A stretch of 64,000 nucleotides of DNA from Thermoplasmata archaeon (GTDB lineage Archaea; Thermoplasmatota; Thermoplasmata; Lutacidiplasmatales; UBA184): NCBI GenBank assembly GCA_021823345.1, contig JAKAOF010000003.1, forward strand, positions 23,545-87,544, given 5' to 3'. Below are positions 35,790 to 46,000 of the stretch, one piece after another (the first letter of the stretch is position 1; each line of letters begins with the position of its first letter). A program made the position numbers and the translations under genes. Below the pieces are notes generated by a model, which was not told the origin of the DNA, searched no databases, and saw only the letters and a program-made list of their open reading frames with translations.

Positions 35790-37559
35790 TTGACGGTGGC
35801 AAATCCGCAGGACAACTCGAATGAACTGGACGCCGAGATGGCGTTCATCCAGAAGAAGATCAACGAGGGCGTCTCCCGGAAGCAGAAGGAGCTCGACGAT
35901 CAGCATCGCCGGGAAGTCGAGGAACTGCACCGGGGCCATGAAGCTCGGCTGGCCGAGAAGGAACGGGACCACCGTGCCGCCATCGATGCGGCCGACCGGA
36001 ACCATCGCGCCGAGATCGAGAAGCAGGACCGGGACCAGCGCGCGGTCCTAGAGGCGACCGAGCGCAAGCACCATGCCGAGCTGGAGAAGCAGGTCCGGGA
36101 GATGCAGGAGAAGCACGCCGCGGCCCTGGAGGAACGCAGCGAGAAGCTTTCGAGCGAGTTCGCCGTGGAGTTCTCCCAGCAGGAGCAGTCCCTTCGGGCC
36201 AAGTTTGCCGAAGAACGCAAAGCCCTGCAGGAGGACATGCAGCGCCGGGCGGATGCTGATCTCGCCCGCGACAAGCGGGACCTCGAGGAGACCTACCAAT
36301 CCAAGGCGCGAAAGCGAGAGGAAGAGCTCAAGGAACGCTTCGACACCGACCTCAAGAACCGGGAAGCGGAGACCCGCCGGGCGCTCGAGCTCGACTACCG
36401 ACAGAAGCTCACGGAATCCCAGACCAAGCTGGAAGAGGACCTCCGGAACCGTTCGAAGGACCTCCAGCAGGCGGCTGAGAAGGCGGCCCAGCAGAAGATC
36501 GACCTCGAACGGGCCCGGATCGAGAACGAGAATGCCCGCAAGCTCGACACCGAGGTCAGCCGGGTCGAGCATGAACATCGGCAGAAGCTCGCTGAGGCCG
36601 AGGGGTCGCTGAAGGAGAAGTACACGAGCTCCCTGGAGACCGAGCGGCACAAGATCGAGGAAGAGTTCCGCTCGCGGCTCCTGAAGCGGGGCCGGTACGC
36701 CCGGCTCTCGCACTCGCTCAAGCGGCCGCTCTACCCGTTCCCGGCGTTCGTGGGCCTGGAAAAGGCGAAGCGCGCCCTCCTCCTGAACGCGATCAATCCC
36801 AACGTCAACGGTGTCGTGCTCTGGGGTCGGCAGGGGAACGGCAAGTTCTCCATGCTGCTTTCCTTCGCCGAGATGCTGAACTCGATGGACCGCGAGCTGG
36901 TCGGTCGCCCCGAGGATTTCCGACCGTGGAACGACGAGGAACGCTACCTCACGGGAAGGGTCCACTTCGGCAAGGAGATGGCGGTCTATCTGGTCGACAC
37001 GTACCTCCAGTGCGCTACCCTTTCCCTGCCGCCGTCCCACAAGCGAACGGAAGGGCAGGGAGGGGGGGAGATGCCCCAGATGCTCCTGTCGAACCTGAAG
37101 GACGAGGACGAGCACGCATACCACCTCCTCAACGGGTTCACGCTGCATGTCGAAGTGGCGAGCCCGAACACGGTGGAGGAGCGCCTCGAGATCATGCACC
37201 GGAACGCCGAGTTCCGCAAGGAGCCGGCCGCTTTCCGGGAGAAGTACCGTCACACGGTCGAGGAGATCCTCGCGAACGTGCAGGGCGCCCGGGAGAAGGT
37301 CGGGTCCGTGGCGATCTCGACGAAGATCCTCGCCTTGGTGGCACGGATGACGATCCTGGACAAGCAGAGCTCCCGGCTGGATGTGCTCATGGAGCAGCTG
37401 GCCCGGACCAATGCCGCGTTCGAGGGTCGCTCCGAGGTCGACCCGACCGATGTGATGGAAGCGGCGGACCTGGCGTTGATGCACCGCCTTACCCCCCGAG
37501 AGATCGCTGATCTGGAGCGTTCCCTTCCGCACGAGAACGCGCCTCCGCGCCCGAAGTGA
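35790..37559 (+). CDS. ChlI-like AAA+ paralog with degenerate Walker motifs and ~300-aa N-terminal 11-residue-repeat (hendecad) charged helical domain
   Basis: The C-terminal half aligns with ChlI (FPAFVGLEKAKRALLLNAINPNVNGVVLWGRQGNGKF and AAFEGRSEVDPTDVMEAADLALMHR). Walker A is GRQGNGKF (the S/T is lost). Walker B is YLVDTY (the Glu is lost). The N-terminal half is E/R/K/Q-rich with RxHRAEIEKQD-type 11-mers. Confidence 0.7.
   Translation: MTVANPQDNSNELDAEMAFIQKKINEGVSRKQKELDDQHRREVEELHRGHEARLAEKERDHRAAIDAADRNHRAEIEKQDRDQRAVLEATERKHHAELEKQVREMQEKHAAALEERSEKLSSEFAVEFSQQEQSLRAKFAEERKALQEDMQRRADADLARDKRDLEETYQSKARKREEELKERFDTDLKNREAETRRALELDYRQKLTESQTKLEEDLRNRSKDLQQAAEKAAQQKIDLERARIENENARKLDTEVSRVEHEHRQKLAEAEGSLKEKYTSSLETERHKIEEEFRSRLLKRGRYARLSHSLKRPLYPFPAFVGLEKAKRALLLNAINPNVNGVVLWGRQGNGKFSMLLSFAEMLNSMDRELVGRPEDFRPWNDEERYLTGRVHFGKEMAVYLVDTYLQCATLSLPPSHKRTEGQGGGEMPQMLLSNLKDEDEHAYHLLNGFTLHVEVASPNTVEERLEIMHRNAEFRKEPAAFREKYRHTVEEILANVQGAREKVGSVAISTKILALVARMTILDKQSSRLDVLMEQLARTNAAFEGRSEVDPTDVMEAADLALMHRLTPREIADLERSLPHENAPPRPK
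35898..36705 (+). repeat. imperfect 33-bp tandem repeats (coding) giving ~25-28 consecutive 11-residue repeats
   Basis: The DNA period is visible at 35898-36130 (gatcagcatcgccgggaagtcgaggaactgcac / cggggccatgaagctcggctggccgagaaggaa / cgggaccaccgtgccgccatcgatgcggccgac / cggaaccatcgcgccgagatcgagaagcaggac ...). It continues more degenerately to about 36700. Confidence 0.6.
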
Positions 37560-37566
37560 TGTTAGG

Positions 37567-38103
37567 ATGATCCTCTCCGATTCCCGCATCCTCGAGGAGA
37601 TCGAGAAGGGCTCGATCCTCATCCGTCCCTTCCGGCGTGAGTGCCTCGGGTCGAACTCCTATGACGTGCACCTGGGCAACTACCTCGCCACGTACACCGG
37701 GAACGAACTGGACGCCCGGTCGGACAATCCCATCAAGGAGTTCGAGATCCCGACCGGAGGGTTCATCCTCCATCCCCACCAGCTCTACCTCGGAGTCACG
37801 GAGGAATACACGGAGACCCACCGGCACGTGCCGTTCCTGGAAGGGAAGTCCAGCGTGGGCCGCCTGGGGATCGACATCCATTCGACCGCGGGAAAGGGCG
37901 ACGTCGGATACTCCAACTACTGGACGCTCGAGATGTCCTCGAAGATCCCCGTTCGGATCTATCCGGGAATGCCGATCGGGCAGCTCATCTACTTCGAGGT
38001 CGAGGGCGAGATCTTGAAGGACTACTCGAAGAAGGCTTCCGCCAAGTACGCCCAGGTCAACGCGCACCCGGTGCCCTCCCGGATGTACCTCAATTTCAAG
38101 TGA
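37567..38103 (+). CDS. dcd: dCTP deaminase
   Basis: MILSDSRILEEIEKGSILIRPF...SYDVHLG...GKSSVGRLGIDIH...PIGQLIYFEV, the Dcd family signature. 178 aa. Confidence 0.9.
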   Translation: MILSDSRILEEIEKGSILIRPFRRECLGSNSYDVHLGNYLATYTGNELDARSDNPIKEFEIPTGGFILHPHQLYLGVTEEYTETHRHVPFLEGKSSVGRLGIDIHSTAGKGDVGYSNYWTLEMSSKIPVRIYPGMPIGQLIYFEVEGEILKDYSKKASAKYAQVNAHPVPSRMYLNFK

Positions 38104-38188
38104 CCCCCTCCCGCGGCCGGGCGGGACACGGGGAGGGACAATCCTTTTCTGGGCCGGTCCGCTAGTCCCGACGGTAGGAGGGCACGAG

Positions 38189-39346
38189 ATGAGCGACTGC
38201 CGGACCCTGATGAGCTGGGACCCCCGGTACCTCGACTATGATTTTGGAGAGGGACATCCCTTCTCGGAGCGTTCCCGCGGCTCGGCGGTCCGTCTCCTGG
38301 AAGCGATGCGATTCTTCGAGCGGCCGAACATCTCCCGGCAGTCGGAAGTGTCCCAGATCCCCGACCACATGATGCTCAATTTCCACACCCTGCGCCACGT
38401 GGAGCGCGTCCGTCGGGAGAGCGAGAGCCCGGAGCCGGGGCTCCTCGACCATGGCGACACCCCGGCGTTCTCCGGGGTATGGGATGCCTCCCGGAGGGTC
38501 GTGTCGGGGACGGTGCATGCCGTCCAATCGGTCGTCGCCGGGGAGTTCCCGCACGCCACGAACCTTGCCGGCGGACTCCATCACGCGTCCCCCGGGGCGG
38601 CGAGCGGGTTCTGCGTACTGAACGATGTGGGGGTGGCCATCGCCACCGGGCTCAAGAAGGACTGGTTCCAACGCATCGCCTACATCGACATCGACGCCCA
38701 CCATGGGGACGGGGTGATGTACGGGTTCTACGGGGACGGACGGGTGCTCGACATCGACTTCCACCAGGATGGCCGGACGCTCTTCCCGGGGACCGGTTCC
38801 CTGGGGGAGGTGGGGGCGGAGAAGGGAAAGGGGCTCAAGGTCAACGTTCCCTTGCCCCCGGGCACCGGGACGGAGGACTTCCTCTTCCTTTTCGAGCGGA
38901 TCGTGCCTGGGTTGCTCCGGGACTACCGCCCCGAGCTCATCGTCATGCAGTCCGGTGTCGATGCCTTCTCCGGAGACCCCCTGGCCCACCTGGAGTACAC
39001 CCGGAGGGCCTACAGCGGGGCCGTGACCCTCGTGCACGAACTCGCCCATGAGCTCTGCCATGGAAGGATGGTCCTCGTGGGGGGAGGGGGATATTCCCCG
39101 GCCAGCGTGGCGCGGGTCCTCGCACAGGACGCCTTGATCCTGTCGGGCAACGGGGTACCTCAGGACGACGACCCGTTGCCGGACACTTGGAGGGCGGAGT
39201 TCACGAAGGAATTCTCCGAAGCCGCCCCCACGACCTGGGGCAGCGGCCCCCACGACGCTCCACGTGCCTGGCCGGCGGGAGCTCGCGAGAAACTACTCCA
39301 CCAGCTCTCCGAGCATACCGGGCACCCGATGGGAACCGGGCACTAG
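38189..39346 (+). CDS. histone deacetylase/AcuC/acetylpolyamine amidohydrolase family protein
   Basis: GFCVLNDVGVAI, YIDIDAHHGDGV and SGVDAFSGDPL, the arginase/deacetylase-fold HDAC signature motifs. Confidence 0.85.
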   Translation: MSDCRTLMSWDPRYLDYDFGEGHPFSERSRGSAVRLLEAMRFFERPNISRQSEVSQIPDHMMLNFHTLRHVERVRRESESPEPGLLDHGDTPAFSGVWDASRRVVSGTVHAVQSVVAGEFPHATNLAGGLHHASPGAASGFCVLNDVGVAIATGLKKDWFQRIAYIDIDAHHGDGVMYGFYGDGRVLDIDFHQDGRTLFPGTGSLGEVGAEKGKGLKVNVPLPPGTGTEDFLFLFERIVPGLLRDYRPELIVMQSGVDAFSGDPLAHLEYTRRAYSGAVTLVHELAHELCHGRMVLVGGGGYSPASVARVLAQDALILSGNGVPQDDDPLPDTWRAEFTKEFSEAAPTTWGSGPHDAPRAWPAGAREKLLHQLSEHTGHPMGTGH

Positions 39347-39352
39347 TTATCG

Positions 39353-42256
39353 TCACTCAAGGAGCATCGCCGGTTTCCCTGGGTGAGCTCGGTGCCGCCG
39401 ACCCTTGGGGTCCTTCCCCGCGTCCGCATCATCTTCGGTGAGGACCAGGATCTCAGGGATCCGGAAGCGACGAGAGAGGTAGTCCCGGGCTCCGGAGAAC
39501 AAGGCATGTTCCTCGCCGGGGGTCAGTCCGGCGACGGCGGACGCTTCCTCCGCTCGTTTGAACTCGCCCGCGAAGCGGGCGAGGTCGGGCAGATGGGCCT
39601 GGAGCAGGGGGTCTGCGCGGGCTTTCTCAATGAAGGACTTGACGTCGAGCCGGCCCTGGCGGATCGAGGCGGGGACCAGTTCCGCGGCGCGGTACTTCCA
39701 GGGGGAGGCGACGAACAGCGTGAGCTGCCGGGGGGGCGCGTTCCAGACCTTGAGCAGGGCGGCGATGTCCTCCTCCGCTTGTTCCAACGTCCGCTCGAAG
39801 GCAATGGCGGTGGGATGGCGGGGGAAGTCCTCCCCGGTGGGGAACGTGCGCTCCGAGGCCAGGGACCCGCTCTCCCCGAAGGCCGAACTGGCTTCCTCGG
39901 CGGCGTGGGGGGTGATGGGAACGAGCATGCGGCACCAGGCCTCGCCGGCACGACGCAGGAGCGGGAGATGGTTCCCGCCGCGGGCGCGATAGCGTCGGAA
40001 GAGGGCGGGCAGGGTGACGTAGGTCGCTTGGGCCGCGGAGCGGAGATCGTAGCCGTCCCAGGCGTCCCGGACGCCGTGGATCACTTCGGAAAGCTGCGCG
40101 GAAAACCAGCGGTCGACATGCTCGGTCAACGATAACGGGTCGTCGGAAGAGGCCGCTCCCCGAGCCGTCTGCAGGACCAGTTCGAGGGTCTCTTCGACCC
40201 GGGCGTGCGCGTTCTGGCACTGATCCTCTTCCCACTTGACATCCTGGAACGGGGAGGCTCCCAGGGCATAGTACAAGCGGAGACCGTCCGCACCGTAGCG
40301 AGAAAGCGCCACGTCCACCGGGGGGACCGCACCGCCCTTTTGGTCCTTCTTCGACAGCTTCTCGCCGGTGTAGCTTGTGATCCACCAATTGATGAAGATC
40401 CCGCGAGGTTGCAGCGGGGGCGGAAGCAGGGCTGTGTGCATGTAGAGGAAGACGGGAAAGTGGACCCGCTTGTGCTCCTTTCCGCCGAGATTGATGTCCA
40501 CGGGATACCAGTAAAGGAACTCCCGGCGTGCCCGTTCCCACGATTCCTTGCGCTCCGAGGTCGGAGGAGCGCCCTGTCCCAGGTACACGTAGTCGAAGAA
40601 CTCGGGGGTCAGGTCGTCGACCGTGAGGTCTCCCTCGGCCACCAACCGCCGAACGACATAGTACGCGGGATAGAAGGTGGAATCTGCGATCGGCTCGATG
40701 ACCCAACTGGGGTCCGCCGGAAAGGGGGTCCCCAGCCACTTCCCTCGACGTACCGCGGGACGGTCTTCGAACCAGCCGGCAATCCCGCTGAGCTCCTCCC
40801 CATACTCGGGGGGATAGAAGTGCATTCGCTTGGACGCCTCGAGCATCTGGGACTTCCACTCCGGTGAACCATACGCAAGGAACCACTGGTCGGGAACCCT
40901 CCGGATGATCACCTCTCGCCCGCAACGGCAGATCACCTTCTGGGAGAACTCACGGATCTCGAGCCCGCCTTCGGGAAAGAACCGACGGGCGACCTTCTCT
41001 CGGACCGTGGCGACGCTCTCCCCCCGGAACTCGCCGGTGGACATCCGGCCGGACCGAAGCTCGAGGCGATAGAGGTGCCCCGTGGCCTCATCGAGGGCTG
41101 CGTGGTCTTTCAGACCGGAAACCTTGAGCGCGGCAGCGACTTTCTGGGCGGGAAAACCGGTCCCGGCCATCGACTGTCGGTCGGCGGGGTTGAGCGACTC
41201 TTCGGGGACCTCGATGATCGAACGGACCGTGGGTAGGAGGGGGGCTCGTTCGCTCTCCGGGAGCTCCTGGAGCGCGACCCAGTCGGCGGGAGCATGGGCC
41301 GGAACGCTCATGACGACCCCCGTGCCCACCGAGGGCTCGACGAGGGAGCTGGGCAAGATCGGGACGGACTCCCGGGTCAAGGGCACCGTCACGGTCTTCC
41401 CGTGCAACGCCGCGACGTCCACCGCGGGGCCCACGGTACCGCCGGCTTGCTCGCACAATCGGGCCGCTCCGGCGGGGGCCAACAGGTACCTTTGCCCGGA
41501 ATGTTGCCACTCGACCAGGTGGCCGGTGGGGGGAAGCCACACGTTGGTGACCCCGTAGACGGTCTCCGGGCGCAGCGTGGCCGCGAGCAAGACACGACCG
41601 TCCTCCAAGGGGAAGGGTACGAGGGTGTAGGTGACCATTTCGGCGGTCCCTCCCGACGAAAGGTCCGTCTCGGAGGGATCGACGCTCACCGGTCCATCGA
41701 CGGGACAGTACGACGCGTAGTAGGGCTTCTGGACCAGCTTCCCCAGCCGCTGGAGCGTGGAGAACTGCCAGGAGATGAACCGCTGATAGTCCAGGTCGAT
41801 GGTCGTGACGTGGGTGCTCCGGTCCATCAGAAGGCCGAGCCGTTCCCAGAGGTCCCAGTACTCGTTCCCGAGATAGCGGGCGGCCTTCTCGGGTACCTCG
41901 AGGGATGCGATGTCCGCGTCGTTCAGGCCACGGGCATGCAGTTCCTCGACCGTATCCGGGTCCCGACGGGCCACCTTGGCGGCAAATGTGATGGCGGGGA
42001 GACCGCTCGCATGGGTCCCCCCGGGGAAGAATATCGCTTCCCCGCGCATTCGATGGTAGCGGGCGATCATATCGGCGTAGGTGAAGCCACGCATGTGGCC
42101 CACATGCTGGAATCCGGAAGGACCCGGATAGGCAAAGAGGATGTAGAACTTGGAGCGGCCCGGTTGTGCCACGGCCCGTCCCAAGTGGCGGGCCTTCCAC
42201 GCCGCCTGCCAGCGGAGTTCCCGGTCCACGATCGGGTTGGTTGGGTCAGCTGCCAT
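39353..42256 (-). CDS. leuS: leucyl-tRNA synthetase, archaeal type
   Basis: 967 aa with the class I motifs PSGFQHVGHMRG (HIGH-like) and KLSKKDQKG (KMSKS-like). Large CP1 editing insert. Confidence 0.95.
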   Translation of the reverse strand: MAADPTNPIVDRELRWQAAWKARHLGRAVAQPGRSKFYILFAYPGPSGFQHVGHMRGFTYADMIARYHRMRGEAIFFPGGTHASGLPAITFAAKVARRDPDTVEELHARGLNDADIASLEVPEKAARYLGNEYWDLWERLGLLMDRSTHVTTIDLDYQRFISWQFSTLQRLGKLVQKPYYASYCPVDGPVSVDPSETDLSSGGTAEMVTYTLVPFPLEDGRVLLAATLRPETVYGVTNVWLPPTGHLVEWQHSGQRYLLAPAGAARLCEQAGGTVGPAVDVAALHGKTVTVPLTRESVPILPSSLVEPSVGTGVVMSVPAHAPADWVALQELPESERAPLLPTVRSIIEVPEESLNPADRQSMAGTGFPAQKVAAALKVSGLKDHAALDEATGHLYRLELRSGRMSTGEFRGESVATVREKVARRFFPEGGLEIREFSQKVICRCGREVIIRRVPDQWFLAYGSPEWKSQMLEASKRMHFYPPEYGEELSGIAGWFEDRPAVRRGKWLGTPFPADPSWVIEPIADSTFYPAYYVVRRLVAEGDLTVDDLTPEFFDYVYLGQGAPPTSERKESWERARREFLYWYPVDINLGGKEHKRVHFPVFLYMHTALLPPPLQPRGIFINWWITSYTGEKLSKKDQKGGAVPPVDVALSRYGADGLRLYYALGASPFQDVKWEEDQCQNAHARVEETLELVLQTARGAASSDDPLSLTEHVDRWFSAQLSEVIHGVRDAWDGYDLRSAAQATYVTLPALFRRYRARGGNHLPLLRRAGEAWCRMLVPITPHAAEEASSAFGESGSLASERTFPTGEDFPRHPTAIAFERTLEQAEEDIAALLKVWNAPPRQLTLFVASPWKYRAAELVPASIRQGRLDVKSFIEKARADPLLQAHLPDLARFAGEFKRAEEASAVAGLTPGEEHALFSGARDYLSRRFRIPEILVLTEDDADAGKDPKGRRHRAHPGKPAMLLE

Positions 42257-42324
42257 GGAGGTTTCCTTCCGGAGGAACGGGGGAACAGGTCATGCTTATT
42301 TAGCATGGTGGGCGTCGGAAGAGC

Positions 42325-42955
42325 GATGCGGATCATCGAGATCTTTCACTCGTTCCAAGGCGAGGGCCCCCGGACCGGAGTGCGGACGGTCTTCATCCGG
42401 ACCGCTCGGTGCAACCTCCGCTGCGAGTGGTGCGATACGAAGTACTCGTTCGAGGAAGGGAAGGAGGTCCCGATCGAGGAGGTCCTGCGCCTGACCGGCG
42501 AGTACGGGACCAAGGAGGTTTGCCTCACCGGAGGGGAGCCCTTGCTGCAGCAAGAGAGCCCGGAGCTGGTCCGTCGCCTCTCGGGGCAGGGCTATCACAC
42601 GGTCATCGAGACCGGAGGTTCCCTGGACATCGGCCCCTATGTCCTCATTCCCGATGTTACCATCAGCCTCGATGTGAAGTGTCCCACCTCCGGGATGCAG
42701 GACACCTTCCGAGGGGAGAACCTCGGGCTCCTCCGCGCACACGACGTGGTGAAATTCATCATCGCGGACCGTCGGGACTATGATTTCGCCCGCGATTTCC
42801 TTGCGAAGAACCCCCTGGTTTCCCAGGTTGTGTTCCAGCCCGTATGGGGAATGCCCGTGCGAGAGCTCGCAGAGTGGACCCTGGCCGACCGGATGGAGGT
42901 ACGATTGATGTTGCAGGAACACAAGTACATCTGGGGAGACGTCCGGGGGCACTAG
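42325..42955 (+). CDS. queE: 7-carboxy-7-deazaguanine synthase QueE (radical SAM)
   Basis: MRIIEIFHSFQGEGPRTGVRTVFIRTARCNLRCEWCDTKY...CLTGGEPLL, a QueE-like radical-SAM core in the archaeosine/queuosine precursor pathway. Start set at the first in-frame ATG after the leuS-divergent spacer. Confidence 0.8.
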
Positions 42956-43029
42956 GCCCGGACGGAAGTCCTTCGATCGCTCACCAGAAGAAAGGTTTAA
43001 GAGGTCTGAGAAGGTCTCGCACGAGGTCT

Positions 43030-46000
43030 ATGCGCGCGAGTATCCTCGCCTCCGTCGTAATGTGCCTGCTGGTCGTATCGATGTTTCCGGTCTCCTCCGC
43101 GTCTGCGATAGCCCGGAACACGGCAACTCCCTCGAGCGTCAGTCACCAACCGCTGTCGGGAGTGCTCCTCCCAGCGACCCGGTCCCCCATCAAGCACGTG
43201 ATCATCGTCATCCAAGAAAATCACGCGTTCGACAACTACTTTTCCAACTTCTCCGGGGCGTTCGGTCTTCCCCCAGGCGGGGTGCCCCAGCCGGGATCGT
43301 ACTCCAACGTCACGTCCTATCATCCCCAGTATCCGCTTACCTGGAACTACGGGGGAAACGAGAGCTTCTCCAACCCGGAACACGGGGAGGATAGTATCCT
43401 GGGCGAACAGGACAACGGGTCCATGGATGGGTTCTTCTACAAGGATGGGGGCGAGGCCAACGGGCTCTTCCCCTCGTACATCGTGTCGAACTCGCTCGGG
43501 CTCGCCGGGGAATACGGTGTGGCCGACAACTACTACACCGACTTCGCCGGACCCACGCTCCCCAACCGGCTTTACTACTACGGCATTTCCCCCGGGACCG
43601 CCACGAGCGACAGTAACCCCCCGGGAGATGCCATCACCGTCCCGAACCTCCCCCAGGAACTCCAGCAGAACGGGATCTCGTGGGCGTCCTATGACGGCAG
43701 CTACAATCAATACCCGGGCTCCTCGTGCGCCCTGGCGCTCTTCCCGACGGACCCCTGCTGGTACTTCACCTACCTGAACAGCAGCGACCCGGCGGCCCAG
43801 CTTGCGCCGGAGCTCTACTATTCCTGGCTGCAGCAAGAGTACAATTCCACGGGCGCCATCCCCCAGCTCCGGAACTACAACGTCATCTACTCGAACCTTA
43901 CCTCGAACACCCTTCCCAGCGTGTCCTGGTTCACCTCGGACTGGACATGCTGCACGGAGCACCCCTCGGACGCGAACACCTCGTTCATCGGCGGTAACGT
44001 GAGCCAGGGGCAGCAATCGTTCCTGGAACTCGTCCATGCCGTCGAGGACAGTTCGTACTGGAATTCCACGGCGATCTTCCTCACGTATGATGAGGGAGGA
44101 GGATTCTTCGACTCCAGCCCGAGCCCGATGGCCACCCCGATGGGGACCGGACTGCGCGTCCCACTCATCGTCATCTCCCCTTACTCGAAGGAGGGCTACG
44201 TCTCGCACACGTACCTTACCCCATCCTCGCTCCTGCATTTCGTGGAGTGGAACTGGGGATTGCCGTCGCTCGGCTGGCTCGATAACAGCTCGAACCTTCC
44301 GCTCGGTTTCTTCAATTTCTCCGAGACCCCGCGGCAGCCGCTGAACCAGTCGGTCTACGGTTCTGCGAACCTGACGACCACGGTACCGTGGGTGCCTCAA
44401 GTGGTTGCGTCCGGCTACAAGGGCAGTTACGTGCCCTCGCTCTTGACCAACCACGATGTGAACTGGACGTACCAGACGCAGAACGTCCTCACCAATGCCC
44501 CGGTCCTCTCGTCAGGAGCGCTCTACACGTGCGGTCTGGACGGGATCCTGCGCAGCCTCAACCCGACCACGGGGGCCCTGCTATGGCAACGCTCGCTCGG
44601 CTCGGGCTGCCGTTCGTCCCCCACACCACTCCTGGGGGGAGGAGCGATCGCCACCACCCTTCACGGTAGCGTGGTCGCCTACGGCGCGAGCGGGACCCTC
44701 GCCTGGAACATTTCCCTCTCCGCCCCGATCTACAACAACCTCACCCTGGTCGGAAGCACCTACTACGGGGACCTGCAGAATGGTACGGTCTTCGCCATCA
44801 ATGGGACGACCCATGTGGTCCAGTGGGAGAAGCGCGAGAGCGCGACCCCCATCTACGCGTCGCCCGTCTACGATGCGGCGAATCACTATCTGTTGCTGAG
44901 CGCCACCGGGAGCGGGGTCATCGCGATCAATCTCACGGGTAGCCCGGTGTGGACGGCGCACGTCCCGGGTGGGACGTTCGCTCAAGGGGCCGTTTGTGGG
45001 ACCTCCTTCTACGTGACCAGCCCCGCGGGAGGACTTTACCCCATCGCCCTCCCCGCCGGCACGGTGGGGACGCCCGCGGCCCTGAACGACTCCCTGGCGA
45101 CACCCCTGTGTTCCGGCAACGATCTCTTTGTCGGGGACAACACGACCTTCCGAGCGTTCTCGCTCTCCCCGTCGCTGACCCAGCTCTGGAGCAATACGAC
45201 CCACAGCATGCAGGGTGGTTCGGCCGTGGCATCCGGCTCGAGCATCCTCATGGATACGCAGGGAGGGAACATCGAATGGTTCTCGCCCAATTCCAGCGCC
45301 CCCTCGCTCGTCTGGAACAGCGGCACCTCGTTCTTCGGGACCCCGCTCGTCACCCCCTCCTGGCTCTACTTTACGGGCGAGGACGGCAACGTCTACGGGG
45401 CCGTGACCCGCGGTGCGATCCAAGTCCAGGTTCTCCCGACGAACGCGACCGTCTCCATCAGCGGGGTCCCGTTGGCTACCCCCGGTGGGACGGGTACGGC
45501 CCTTGAGTCCCCGGGATCCTACACGGTTTCGGCCAGCGCACCGGGATATGCCACGGCCTCGAAGACGACGAGCGTGTCGCTCGGGAGGACGTCCTACGTT
45601 AACCTGACCCTCGCCCAGAACGTCTCCAAGGTCGTGATCTCGAGCTTCGTGGCGAACCCCTCGTCCTTCACGCTGGGCAACTCGACAGCCCTCACCGTGG
45701 TTGCCTCGGGCGGGAAGCTCCCCTACACCTACGCCTATTCGGGCCTGCCGAAGGGTTGCGGGGGAAGCAACGCCGCGAACATCTCCTGTGCTCCGACAGT
45801 CACGGGAACCTTCACCGTGGGGGTCAACGTTACCGACTCCCTCGGCAGTTGGGCCGTTCAGTCGACCACGTTCACCGTGAATCCCGTGGCCGTGGGAGCT
45901 CCCACGATCACCTCATTCACCGCCAATCCCAGCACGATCACTTTGGGCAGCTCGACCGTCCTCACCCTCACCGTCACGGGGGGGACTCCGCCGTACACTG

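Noticed and set aside
35898-36130. CRISPR array
   Set aside because: The 33-bp repeats are contiguous (no spacers), imperfect, in frame and inside a CDS. They are coding tandem repeats, not CRISPR. No cas genes are present.
36048-37622. 524-aa minus-strand ORF antisense to the coiled-coil ChlI-like gene
   Set aside because: It is a shadow of the E/R/K-rich repeat region (translating to L/R/G-rich sequence) and a high-GC artefact. The sense ORF carries ChlI motifs.
39627-42200. Long plus/minus overlapping ORFs (39627..40925 -, 41088..42200 -, 40205..40867 +) within leuS
   Set aside because: These are alternative-frame or antisense artefacts. leuS (39353..42256 -) is continuous with class I motifs.
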